From Mustelus asterias (Eukaryota), in contig NW_027591885.1 in NCBI RefSeq assembly GCF_964213995.1, positions 1 to 64,000 on the forward strand: a stretch of 64,000 nucleotides of DNA. Reading direction: 5' to 3'. Shown here piece after piece: positions 52,060 through 64,000 of this stretch. A program made the position numbers and the translations under genes. The notes under the pieces are model-generated. The model had not been told where the DNA came from, ran no database searches, and worked only from the letters and a program-made list of their open reading frames with translations. Position 1 is the stretch's first letter; the number at the start of each line of letters is the position of its first letter.

Positions 52060-52384
52060 GAGGGATTGGAACAGTAGTTTGAAACATTACAATAATTGAT
52101 CTGTATCTGAGAGCAATAATTTAGAACGGCTCAGCAATGGATGAGAATCTGAGAACAATCGATTGGAATGATAGAACAATTGATGAGAATCTGGGAACAA
52201 TCGTTTGGAATGATACAGCAATGGATCAGGGTCTCAGAACAATAGATTCGAATGTTACAACGTTGGAAAGGGATTTGTTAGAGTAGCTTCAGCTGACACT
52301 GCTGGTTGAATGGGCGGATCGAGTACGCACTTTATGTTATTCAATACCTTTATTATTCTATGCTCACACTGATTGGTATTCCTG
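52060..52384 (+). pseudogene. GPCR gene C exon 1 (GPR139/142-like), disrupted; N-terminal 42-nt tandem repeats
   Basis: ATG 52137 MDENLRTIDWNDRT-IDENLGTIVWNDTA-MDQGLRTIDSNVTT-LERDLLE* (TAG 52284). A different frame reads RIEYALYVIQYLYYSMLTLIGIP+G with donor GTGAGT at 52385. Confidence 0.82.
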
Positions 52385-52754
52385 GTGAGTTTCTCTGTCC
52401 AGTTTTGAAAGGCTTACATAACGATGATCTGTGCTGCTGTTCTTTCTCTATCAAGGAATGAACTACAAATTTATGATTTCTAAATTTGCGAATGATATTA
52501 AGATAGACAGGGAAGTAACTGTGAGGACATTAATGAAGACTGAACATACTGATAGGCAGTTTAAGAGAGGTATCAAAAATTTAGCAGCTGAACTTTCCTT
52601 ATAGGTAAGTTGTGCACGTTGCAGGAAATCAAATCATTATCTTATTCAGGTGGATAGATTGTAGTACTTTGTTGTATCGAGGCATTTCTGCTCCAGTACA
52701 TGACAAAAAAAATTGATAGTAGTTACAGCAAATGACTAGAAAATGATATTGTCA

Positions 52755-53870
52755 TAGAGTCATAGAATCGTCCAACACAGAGAATACCCTTCGGCTCACC
52801 GAGTCTGCACCGACAGTAACTACCACCACAATCGCACTAATCCCATTGTCCAGCGATTGTTCCATATCCTTTCCGTGTTACAATGTATTAAGTGCTCATC
52901 CAAATAGTTTTTAAAGTTTGCAACATTTTCAGTTTCCACTATCTTCCCAGACAGTGCATTGCAGATTTCCACTATCCACTCTGTGAAAGGAATGTTCTCT
53001 GAAATCCCCTGTGAATCTGCTCCACCATACCATAGCACTATGCCGCCTCGTGTTTGGCCCCTCAACCCAAGGGGAACAGCTGCTTCCAATTCATCTTCTC
53101 CATGCCCCTCATAACCCTATGCACCTCAATCTTCCCTCAGACTTCTATGCACTAGAAAAAAGAACATCCAAAAGCATCTGGTCTCACCTTATAGTTCAGA
53201 TGAACCATCCCAGGAAAAATCCTGTTGAATCTCTCCTGTACCCGTCCAGTGCAGTCACATCCACCATTACAGTGAGGTGATCAGAACAGCACACAAAATT
53301 CCAACTGTTTATTTCAAAGTGCATTGAATACAAAAGTAAATGAGTTTGTACCTGTTTCATCGGCCGTCCATGAGAACACATCTGGATGGTTTTGACAGTT
53401 TTAACTATGGTACACGAGGGGAAAAAATTTATACAAATTCTTTTGACGCAGTCCAGGGAAATAATCTCACATATGCAAACAGCGTATCGCCACTTGCTTA
53501 CCAAGAATCTATCCATCTCTACCGTACCATAATTCAAAAGCCGCGGTTCCATCTGCTTTGGAGAAATGTTGTTCCGAAGACCAACGTTCCCCTGAGAGAG
53601 GACAACAATATATTCACCTCTGTCTTAATGGAAGACCTTTAATAGTAACAGTGAACCCTAGTTCTTGCTCCTCCCTTTCGCGAAATACCCTATCCACATC
53701 CATACTGTCGAAACCCCTAAAAATATTTTGTGTTTAAACCAAATCGCCTGCTACACATTTAACCTCCAACAGATGGAGGCACAGTTTGTCCAACCTTTCC
53801 GCCTCAGACACGCTGCACATTCCATGCATTAATTTATTCAAATTTACGTGAACTGATTTGAAAGCAGTAA
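52755..53870 (-). mobile_element. Two degenerate CR1 3' fragments
   Basis: catagagtcatagaatc tail; WIVEICNAL..VETENVANFKNYLDEH; a second copy at about 53450-53870. Confidence 0.7.
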
Positions 53871-54100
53871 AAATTCATAAGCATCATTATAGGGGTAATG
53901 GAATTCACTTACAGATCTGCTGGAAAATTCGGGACTGTTTTAATTGGAGATGCTTTAGTTGAGATTTGATCGTTGTGTTCAATATCATGCGGGGTCAGAA
54001 GACATGACGTTATGGCATCCGATTCACATTTGTGGAGGGAAAGTGATGAAAATGGGGCAGTTCAAACTGCCATCTGACATTGAATATCCTTAGTCTATAT

Positions 54101-56350
54101 CAGTGGTCCCCAAAGGGTGCGGCGGGCCACATTGGTGCGGCGATGGCAATGTGGTGGGAAGATTCAAGGACAATCAAAGAAACATTTAAACATCGACAGA
54201 TATTTTTCCAAAGTGAGAGCAAAAGCATCAATGATGCTGAGGACGATCCGTGTCCACGTTGTGATCCAGAATCGCCGTTCGAACAGAGTGCTGAAGAAGA
54301 GTCGTTTAATTCTACACCAGTAGCAGGCCCAAGCAAAACTCCAAAAAAGAATGTTTGTCGACAATATATGGATAGCTATATGAGTCTCGGTTTCACATGG
54401 ACTGGAGATGGAAACGTACCTCGGCCTTTGTGTTTGATCTGTGGTGAGAAGCTTTCCCAAGCAAGATGAAAAGACATCTGTTGTCAAAACATGGAAATCT
54501 GGCAAGCAAGATGTTCAATATTTTGAAAGGCTTTTGGAGCAGCAGAAATGCCAACGATCAAATTTCGAAAAACGAATGACAGTCTCAGATAAGATGCAGA
54601 TTATATCTTACCAAGTGGCTGAATTGATTGCTCAACAGACAAAACCACATACACGAGCTGAAAAATTGATTCAGCCAACCTGCAGCTTGATTGTGAAAAC
54701 TTTGTTTGGTTTTGATGCTGAGCGAGAAGTTATGGAAATTCCTTTGTCTGGCGATACAATTCGCAGAAGAATAGTTGATAGGTCAACTAATGTTGAGAAG
54801 CATGTTTCCGAAAGTATGAAGAATTCTAAATTTGCCATTCAAGTTGATGAATCGACCGACATTAGTGGAAAAGCACAGTTGCTTGCCTATATCAGATTCA
54901 TTCACAATGACGAAATAGTCACACAGTTTCTATTTTGCAAGGAACTTGAAAAACATACCAGAGGACAAGATATTTTCCAAACCTTGCCTGAGTGTTTGGA
55001 AAAAGTTGAGATTTCATGGGAATCTTGAATTGGAATTTGTACGGATGGAGCGCCATGTATGAAAGGGAATGTGAGAGACTTGGGGGCACTCATCAAACAG
55101 AAAAATCCAGATGTAATATCAACTCACTGTTTTTTCTACAGAGAGGCATTAATCACCTTGTAGCTGATTTGTAGTTGGTTCGAGATCAGACTGTGCGCAT
55201 TGTGAACTTCATCAAAGCAAAACCACTAAAGGTGCGGTTATTTGCTCAACTCTGCAAAGACATGGAATAAAAACATCAATGCCTAATTCTGCACTCGGAG
55301 GTTCGCTGGATGTCCCCCGGAAATGTTTTAAATCGGGTGTTGGAACTGAAGAACGAATTAAGAGAGTATTTGGAACAAGAAGAGAACCCATTGTACCACC
55401 AAGTGGATGACAATGACTGGTGTGCAAATCTGGCATCTTTGGCCGATATCTTTTCCCGGTTGAATGTGCTCAGTGCCAGTATGCAAGGCCGCGATGACAA
55501 TATCCTCACAACTACAGACAAACTAACTGCATTCAAAAAAAAGCTTCAGCTCTGGCTCAGAAGAGCGGTGCGACATAACCTCGAAATGTTCCCACTGGTA
55601 AAAAGTGTTAAAACGAGCAATGAATTGTACGGCCTCATACAGGAGCATCTTGCAACACTGGTAGAAAAGATTGATCATTACTTCCCATCATTGTCGACAG
55701 AAAAATTCGACTGGGTTAAAGACCCCTTTGCGAATTTCAACTGTTCCGGTCTGACATTGGATGAGGAGGAGGAAATGACCTGTATTTCGAATGATCGCAC
55801 CTTGAAAATGAAACACAGGAGTATGCCACTGGACTCTTTTCGGACATACAACCAGAAACAGTATCCACTCATCTCTTCAAGAGCATTAGCTATTATTCTG
55901 CATTTCTCCACGACATATTGTTGTGAACAGGGATTTTCAGCTCTGACAAATATCAAAGACCAGTAAAGAGAAAGGCTTCTTTGTGTTGATGAAGAGATGA
56001 GAGTTTGTTTGTCTCAAATTAGACCATATATATATGAGATAACCTGACAAAAACAAGCTCACACCTCTCATTGAGTTTGCATGCTTACTTAAGGTTACAT
56101 ATGTAAGAGGCTCGCCTATAAGTATATTTTGGGAATGAATCATGTTTTTATGTAGCTGCATTGTTTTATACATTCTGGATGTCCCATGATCATATTATAA
56201 AGTAGTTATGTTCTATGTTATGAATCAAGCACTGCGAGGAGTTTTTTTTTGTTTCTGAATGTTTTTCTTATCAATAAAAAATTTGGTGTTGCGCGAGGAA
56301 ATTTTTATTCCAAACGTGCGGCCCAGTGAAAAAATGTTTGGGAACCACTG
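54101..56350 (+). mobile_element. hAT DNA transposon, Buster/Charlie family (ZBED5/SCAND3-like transposase), inactivated
   Basis: TIRs cagtggtccccaaa / tttgggaaccactg. RQYMDSYMSLGF..PLCLICGEKL BED finger, FAIQVDESTD, GICTDGAP, THCF..REAL, EVRW and TTYCCEQGFS; several stops and frameshifts. Confidence 0.92.
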
Positions 56351-56612
56351 GCTTACATTAACACTGCAATGAATGTACTGTGAAAATACCCTAGTTACCA
56401 CACTCGGGGGCCGGGTATACTGAGGGAGAATTTAGCATAGCCAATGTACCTAACAATAACGTCTTTCAGACTGGAGGATGAAACCACAGCACCCGGAGGA
56501 AATCCACTCAGACATAGGGGGAACGTGCAGACAGTGACCAAATCCAGGAGTCAAACCCGTGTCCCTGGCGCTGTGAGACAGCGGTGCTAACCACTGTGCC
56601 ACTATGCCACCT
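56351..56612 (-). mobile_element. HE1-related SINE with alternative tail (same type as 3936), tail cut at the hAT TIR
   Basis: Reverse complement ggtggcatagtggcacagtggttagc..; tail cattgcagtgttaatgtaagc. Confidence 0.85.
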
Positions 56613-56884
56613 CGAATTAAGAACAATTGGAAACTTCCACTTTGCAGAGGCGGAAAAAAGCAGCACGTGGACAGAGCAAATGACAACAATTTTAGCATCG
56701 CTGAAAATTGCATATGGAGCAAGTAGTTTGATGGATAGACATACCAGGTACCCCAACAATAGCAAGGATGGAATAGTACACGTACTGAATAATGAAAAGT
56801 GCATATTCTAACCGATGTTTTAATAATAACCCATCGTAATATGTAGAAGCATACCAAAGGTAAGACGATAAACTCTTGCCGTTT

Positions 56885-59745
56885 GAACAAACAAAGAACA
56901 AAGAACAAAACAGCACAGAAAACAGGCCCTTCTGCCCTCCAAGCCTGTGCCACTCCGTTGTCCAATCAGACCAATCGTTTGTATCCCTCCATTCCCAGGT
57001 AAATCTTAAACGATGTCGACGTGCCTGCCTCCACCACCCGACTCGACAGCGCATTCCAGGCCCCCACCACTCTCTGTGTAAAAAACATCCCTCTAATATC
57101 TGAGTTATACTTCGCCCCTCTCACCTTGAGCCCGTGACCCCTCGTGCTCGTCACTTCTGATCTGGGAAAAATCTTCCCACCGTTCACCCTATCTATCCCC
57201 TTCATAATCTTGTACACCTCTATTAGATCTCCACTCATTCTCCGTCTTTCCAGGGAGAACAAGCCCAGTTTACCCAATCTCTCCTCATAGCTAAGACCCT
57301 CCATAGCAGGCAACATCCTGGTAAACCTTCTGTGCACTCTCTCTAACGCCTCCACGTCCTTCTGGTCGTGTGGCGACCAGAACTGGACGCAGTACTCCAA
57401 ATGTGGCCTAACCAGCGTTCTAAATAGCTGCATCATCAGACTTTTATACTCTATACCCCGTCCTACAAAGGCAAGCATACCATATGCCTTCTTCACCACC
57501 TTCTCCACCCGTGTTGCCACCTTCAAGGATTTGTGGACTTGCACACCTAGGTCCCTCTGTGTTTCTATACTCTTGATGACTCTGCCATTTATTGTAAAAC
57601 TCCTTGCATTATCTCTTCCAAAATGCATCACCTCGCATTCATCCAGATTAAATTCTATCTGCCACCTCTCCGCCCAATTTTCCAGCCTATTTATATCCTG
57701 CTGTATTGCCCGACAATGCTCATCGCTATCCGCAAGTCCAGCCATCTTCGTGTCATCCGCAAACTTGCTGATAACACCAGTTACACCTTCTTCCAAATAA
57801 TTTATATATATCACAAATAGCAGAGGTCCCAGTACAGAGCCCGGCGGAACACCACTGGTCACAGACCTCCAGCCGGAAAAAGACCGTTCGGACGCTACCC
57901 TCTGTCTCCGATGGCCAAGCCAGTTCTCCACCCATCTAGCCACTTCTCCTTGTATCCCATGAGCCTTAACCTTCTAAACCAATCTGCCATGTGTGACTTT
58001 GTCAAATGCCTTCCTGAAATCCATATAGACGACATCCATGGCCCTTCCTTCCTGAGCCGTTTTTGTCACTTCTTCAAAAAACTCCACCAAATTTGTAAGG
58101 TACGACCTCCCTCTTACAAAGCCATGCGGTCTGTCACTAATCTGATTGTTCCGTTCTAAATGCACATACATCCTGTCTCTAAGAATCCTCTCCAACATCT
58201 TCCCTACCACGGACGTCAAGCTCTAATTTCCCGGGTTATCCCTGCTACCCTTCTTAAACAACGAAACCACATTCGCTATCCTCCAATCCTCAGGGACCTC
58301 ACCTGTGTCCAAAGAAGCGACAAGGTTTTCCGTCAGAGGCCCAGCAATTACATCTCTCATCTCCCTGAGCAGTCGAAGATAGATGCCATCAGGCCCTGGG
58401 GCTTTGTCAGTTTTAATGTCCCCTAAAAAACCTAACACTTCCTCCCTTTTAATGGAGATTTTCTCTAACCGGTCAACACCTCGCTCTGAGTCACTCCCGG
58501 TTAACACGTCCCTCTCCTTCGTGAATACCGATGCAAAGTATTCATTTAGGATCTCCCCTATGCCCTTGGGTTCTAAGCATAATTCCCCTCCTTTGTCGCT
58601 GAGAGGTCCGATTTTCTCCCTGACAACTCTTTTGTTCCTAATGTATGAATAGAATGCCTTAGGATTCTCCTTAATCCTGCCTGCGAAGAACATCTCGTGA
58701 CCTCTTTTTGCCCTTCTAACTCCCCGTTTGAGTTCTTTCCTACTCTCTCTGTATTCCTCCAGAGCTCCATCTGTTTTCTGTTGCCTGGAATTAACGTATG
58801 CCTCCCTTTTCATTTTTATCAGATCCTCAATTTCCCTGGTTATCCATTGCTCTCGAATCCTACCTTTTCTTTCTTTCCTTTTTGCAGGCACATGCCTATC
58901 CTGCAGCCTTATCAATTGTTCCTTAAAAGGCTACCACATGCCAGACGCGGACTTACCCTCGAACATCCTATCCCAATCAACGTCCACCAATTCCTGCCTA
59001 ATCCGGCTATAGTTAGCCTTCCGCCAATTTAGCACCCTGCCCGTAGGACAGCACGCATCCTTGTCCATTACTATCCTAAAGTTAACAGAGGTTGTGGTCA
59101 CTATTGGCCACAGGTTCCCCTACCGAAACTTTGACGACCTGACCGGGCTCATTTCCCAGAACTAGGTCCAGTATAACCCCCTCTCTAGTCGGGCTATCTA
59201 CATAATGTTCCAAAGAACCTTCCAGTATGCATTTTACAAATTCCTCCCCGTCCGGAACCCCAGCTCTAAGCACTTTCCAGTCTATACCAGGGAAAGTAAA
59301 GTCCCCCACTACAACAACTCTATATTTTCTGCACCTATCCAGAATCTCCTAACATATCTTTTGCTCCACTTCCCGTGGGCTGTTGGGTGGTCTGTAGTAC
59401 ACCCCCAGCATAGTGACTGCACCCTTCCTGTTTCTGAGTTCCACCTACAGTGACTCAGTACATGACCCCTCTAAGTTGTCTACCCTCTGCACCGCGGTAA
59501 TATGCTCCCTAACTAATATCGCTACTCCCCCACCTTTTTTAGCCCCTCCTCTGTCTCGCCTAAAACACTTATACCCCGGAATATTCAGCTGCCAGTCCTG
59601 TCCCTCTTTTAACCAAGTCTTCATCACCGCAACCACATCCAAATTCCACATAAGTATTAAGGCCCTAAGTTCATCGGTCTTAACCGTTACCCTCCTCGCA
59701 TTGAAGCAGACGCATTGACACAGACTCCAGACCTCCAGGCCCACT
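56885..59745 (-). mobile_element. CR1 LINE, nearly complete ORF2 with 3' tail, few disablements
   Basis: CVCFNAR, MKTWL, MGDF, NSDHN, KAPGPDG, MDFRKAFDKV, GSVLGPLLF, KFADDTK and RPHLEYCVQFWSP; (ttgttct)n tail. Confidence 0.95.
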
Positions 59746-60234
59746 CAGGTCATCCTTGTTGGGACATTCCAATCGTGTGTTTTCACATTCTGATCCATTG
59801 CTGTAACATTGCAGTCGTGCGTTGTCAGTTTCCGGTACGTTGTTGAAAGATTACAATCCATTATTTTCAGATTATGATCTCCCTTCTCCCTCTATCTGGA
59901 GCACTTGGTCCTTGTTAGTACCTGAGCTGGTCGATCTGCGGACACGATGGGAGAATTTATTGAAATGAATCCCTTATTAATAAAAGAAGGAAAGCTTCCA
60001 GTGGCACCGTTAAGTGCCATGGGTAATGCCATTAATTACAGTCACCAAACAAACAGATTCAGTTAATCTGTTACAATCCGAAGCTTTTTACCCGGTATAG
60101 ATGTGTTGAGTGAGGGTCGGTGATGGAAGTAATTGGGAATAGGGGAGGCCATGGCCCGAAACTGATCCAGTTAATTAATGCAGTAATGGAGAACGTCACA
60201 GTCATACGTATGGTTATTGAAAACGCGTATGAAA

Positions 60235-60378
60235 ATGTTCCACTCCATCTGACGAAGAAGCAGCGCTCCGAAAGCTAATGGTATTTGCTACCAAATAAAC
60301 CTGTTGGACTTTAACCTGGTGTTGTTAAAACTCTTACTGTGTTCACCCCAGTCCAACGCCGGCATCTCCACATCATGA
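60235..60378 (+). mobile_element. Solo Penelope-like terminal repeat
   Basis: ccaaataaacctgttggactttaacctggtgttg..ccccagtccaacgccggcatctccacatcatg. Confidence 0.88.
60245..60281 (+). ncRNA. Minimal type I hammerhead ribozyme motif
   Basis: CCAT-CTGACGA-a-GAAGC agc GCTCC-GAAA-GC-TA-ATGG. Stem I is CCAT/ATGG, the core CUGANGA/GAAA is intact, and the predicted cut follows A60277. Confidence 0.65.
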
Positions 60379-60599
60379 CTTCCATTTATGGACGCATAGA
60401 ATTGCAAATCAAACACAAGATGTTTGTTTTAATGTTTATCTTTAAATCTCCCACTGGCACATTGAGTCGATTTCTGCCCACGCCATTTTTATAAGAAGGC
60501 GAGGGCACGAGATTGACAGGCGTTGTTTTCTTAGGAGTCAGGACATGAACTTCAACCACATGCAGAGACTGGAGAAGCTGTGGTTATTTTCATTAGTGC

Positions 60600-60780
60600 A
60601 GATAGTTGGAAGTGGAGTGAATGCAAAATACTGCAGATGGTGAAAAACAGAAATAAAGAACTGTTTGATATGCTCTGCAGGACTGGCAGCGTCGGTGAAG
60701 AGAACAACCTCGTGACACAATAAACGCACACACACAGAAACACACACACACACAAACAAGCACACGCACACACACGTGTA
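60600..60780. repeat. Degenerate Penelope-like end followed by a (CA)n microsatellite
   Basis: gcaaaatactgcagatg..ctgcaggactggcagcgtc; (CA)n at 60725-60778. Confidence 0.55.
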
Positions 60781-60889
60781 ATTGTGTCCAATGGAGTGGA
60801 ATGGAGAACAGAAAACTCTGGCATACAGATTGATGTGTAACTCTGACCAATAAACTGATATAAAACAGAGAAAACATTTATAGAAGGAT

Positions 60890-61245
60890 AGGATCATAGA
60901 CTTCCGGCAGTAAGGAAGTAGGTTATTCGGCCCATTAAGACTGCGACGACTCTCCAAAAGAGCAACTTACTCAGGCCAACTTCCTACTGTAACCCCGTAA
61001 ACCTGCGTATTTACCAGGTCTACTTCACCAAACCCACACATCTTTGGACATTCAAGGGAAAACTTAGCATGGTTATTCCATCGAAACTGCACATATTTGG
61101 GCTGTGTGAGGAATCCAGATCACCCCGAGGAAACTCATGCAAACACAGGGAGAACTCGCAAACTCCACAAAGACAGTCACAAAAGCCGAAATCTTAGTTT
61201 GATCCCTGGCAGTGTGGCATTTGCATTACAACAGATTGTGTTACT
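60890..61245 (-). mobile_element. Old HE1 SINE
   Basis: ttattcggccc and cacatctttgg..gaggaaactcatgcaaacacagggagaactcgcaaactccaca. Confidence 0.8.
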
Positions 61246-61384
61246 GTGAGAAGCAGAGATACAATTCACAGACGCATTGTCTCCTATGGAAAAGCCGGTT
61301 GCGTCAACGTGGACAAGAAATTGTAATTGAAACGAGATGTTGCCTCGCAGCAATGCTTGTTCCCACATTGTGAAGAAAACTGGA

Positions 61385-62460
61385 ATGGACTGCAGGTATC
61401 TTCGGGAGCACAGCTGGATATGTTATTTTGAACAATGGACAAGAATGCAAAATTAGATGTCCTTCCACAGAGCAGTTTGAGGCCTCAGTCTGAACGTTGT
61501 CTTGCAACACAGAAGTTCTTCTCGAATACTGATGGGCTTGTATTTGTCAGGCTGAAAGTGAAGGCAGAAACGTAGTTCCGGGGTACAGTTGGATCTGTTA
61601 TTATGAGCAAATAATTGGAATGGATTGGAAATGCTCTTCAACAATACTACAGGGTGTGTCTTTGTGAAATAGTTGGATGCGACAAAGGGTGTTCTTCATA
61701 GGAGCTGGATATGCTATTGTAAACTATATTGTAAACCATTTTACTTGGAGCAGTTCTTCTTCTGGATATGTTATTCTGAACAATATTGTGTACTACTGCC
61801 CAGAGGTATTTCAGATGTCAGGACAGTTGGATGCCTTATTCTGCATAGTCAAATGGAATACACCATCTAGTTGATCATATTCAATTCAGATTGATGTGCT
61901 ACTGTTAACAGTAAACTACAATGTAAGACAGAAACGTTCTTCTGCACACAGTGAAATGTGTTATTCCGATCAATCTAATGGATTGGAAAACATAGTTCTT
62001 AATAAGTCCTGTAGCTGGATGTGAAAAAGAAACAGGATTTCATTGTACAAATAAATGCTCCTCTATAGCACAACTGGGGGCGTTAATGCGAACTATGGAA
62101 TGAAAATTTTCACAGAGCTATTGTTCTGCAATACAGCTGAATATGTTAATGTGAACACTAGTGTGGGCTGGAAATGTGGAATGTTCTTCTGCTGGACAAT
62201 TGGATGTGACAGTGTGAACATTGGAGTGGGATCCTGCATAGCGATGTTCTTCGGACTGAAAGCTGGATATGTTATTTTGGTAAACTGCTTGGAATTGAGG
62301 TGTTTGTGCAAACTTACAGTACAACTAGATGTCATATTCTGAGCAATGTAATGTAATATAGGATCGAAATTTTCCGCTGTAGAACAGGTGGAATGGAACA
62401 CAAAGGTGCACTTCTCCGGCTGAGCTGGAATGGTTATTGTGAACAATAGAGCCAACATTT
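61385..62460. repeat. Highly diverged tandem array, about 60-bp period, about 17 units
   Basis: Recurring gttcttc...cagctggatatgttatt(g/t/c)tgaacaat core at about 61410, 61585, 61703, 61762, 62135, 62261 and 62423. Confidence 0.7.
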
Positions 62461-64000
62461 AGCCAATATGCCGTATCTGCCACGTGCATATCCTATTCGT
62501 CCTGCGAATGTGACACCCTTTTATTTACTCTGACGGAATCTATGTTACTTTATTTATTAAACTACTTATTTCGATCAATGACTTTATCCTGCGCTTCCAA
62601 CCAGTGCCATCACTCTCCCCGGTAGGCCTTCCACGGGGAGGTTCACATATAGAGATACACACTCAACAGCTGAGAACGGATTGTCTGTGCTCGTAACAAA
62701 AGCATTCGTTTCCAATATTTTCCCTGATGCCATAATACATCATATAGTTTGGAGTTCATGCTGAGAAATTCGCAGCTTGAACATCTCCACAATGTGCAAC
62801 TTTAGTGGTTCGCTCCTGGTGGGTAAAACTGGGACATTCCATGCAAGGTACGATCCTGTGAGGACGACAATTTTGGAGCTGCACGATACCAGTGCGACCC
62901 TGCCTTTGAATACCCACCCCACCCTCACTGTTAATATGCTGACAGAGTGACCAGAGTGCGAAATGAGACAGGAACAGCAGTGATAAATGCAGCGAGTTTC
63001 ATTCAAATGACTTAAAAAGCATAGTGTCAGTGTGTCATTGCATAGACAAAATCATCCAGAGATCCAAATAACAGGAATTAACATTGTCCTCCATCTGATC
63101 CGCAGGCACTGAATCCCGATTCGGTAGAAAATAAGCTTCCCCAAAAGGACGAAAATTGTAGCACTTTAAAGTCTCTGAACATTATGCGGGAATTTCGTTT
63201 TCCTCTTCTTAATGTTGGTCAGCTCCACAGACTCCATCATTTTCTTAACATCCTGCCAAACAAAATCCAAAAGGATAAATTAATGCCACTACCCAAGAAT
63301 CTGACGGGTCCTCGGCCTAAGAAAGTTGTGACTCGGTAAGCAATTGCTTCTCGTTGCGCTGCTTAACCGAATTGTTTGCACACTCCAAGCGAGCAATGCA
63401 CTTTGTGTGCTGGTGTGCATTGCTTGACATTTGTTTTAGCAATATGCCATTAGCAGCCTTGCCGACAGGTTGCTGTGAACAAAGCTGTGGAATGTCCTCT
63501 GTCATCATATCCCCTTCTCTTCGACTATTTTAAGACAGTCGCCAAATTATCATTTTTGATAAATATTTTTCGAGCAGAAAATGATGGAGCTAACCAACAA
63601 TAGGAGCAACTGTATTTGTGCAAAGTAGCCGAAGTGAGGAGTGCCCATGTTAGGGGCAGCCTGGAACCATGCACTACGTTCCCAGTGTTGTCTCACAAAT
63701 TCATGTGCAGACCAGAGTTGAATCTTGACACAACATATCACGCTTTTAGCGTTGAGAAAACAACGCCCCAGTCTGCCTCCGAGGAACATGTTGGAAATAA
63801 AACTACCAGCGAATCACAAAAACAAGTTTCTGTTAAATGTGGATACAATCTTTTTGGAAGATTTTCGTTTCGAAAAATGGCTTGAAGGAGAGAAGAAAAG
63901 TGATCAGAATGAAGGAGGGTTTTTATGTTCGAGTATGTTACAGACACAGGGAAGAGAGTGCCTGCGGGGGTTTTGAACTGTGCTCGATGATTAAACCACC

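Noticed and set aside
54080-55966. Domesticated ZBED5/SCAND3/FAM200-like host gene
   Set aside because: TIRs are retained and the frame is broken by stops and frameshifts.
61385-62460. CRISPR array
   Set aside because: Vertebrate DNA, repeats far too degenerate and no cas genes.
52385-64000. Exon 2 of gene C
   Set aside because: No CGLSK, DRF or MESRRKS coding sequence was found; it is either beyond the window or deleted.

Overview
Vertebrate nuclear DNA, almost certainly from a shark: it carries HE1-type tRNA-derived SINEs, CR1/HER1-like LINEs and Penelope-type terminal repeats. It is a scaffold with two N-gaps. The host content is part of a cluster of two-exon class A GPCR genes of the GPR139/GPR142-like type. 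Gene A (+) shows only exon 2 (745-1766). Gene B (-) is complete: exon 1 at 38694-38598 and exon 2 at 22428-21527, 332 aa, with a 16 kb phase-1 intron. Gene C (+) shows a disrupted exon 1 (about 52060-52384) with a 42-nt coding tandem repeat, and no exon 2 is visible. Neither first exon appears in the ORF track. Genes B and C share an ungapped upstream block containing a homeodomain-type AATTAAT and the palindrome TCCATGGA, followed by an EBF/Olf-like site and a TATA-like box. The rest is decayed mobile DNA: many CR1 copies, Rex1/Babar-like and L2-like LINEs, Penelope-like fragments with minimal hammerhead ribozyme motifs, a two-gene Harbinger relic, a Gmr1-type Gypsy (PRO-INT-RT-RH order), a second Gypsy with both LTRs, a Buster-type hAT, MITEs, three SINE types and several satellites. 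All alignments and boundaries were read by eye; repeat boundaries are approximate.
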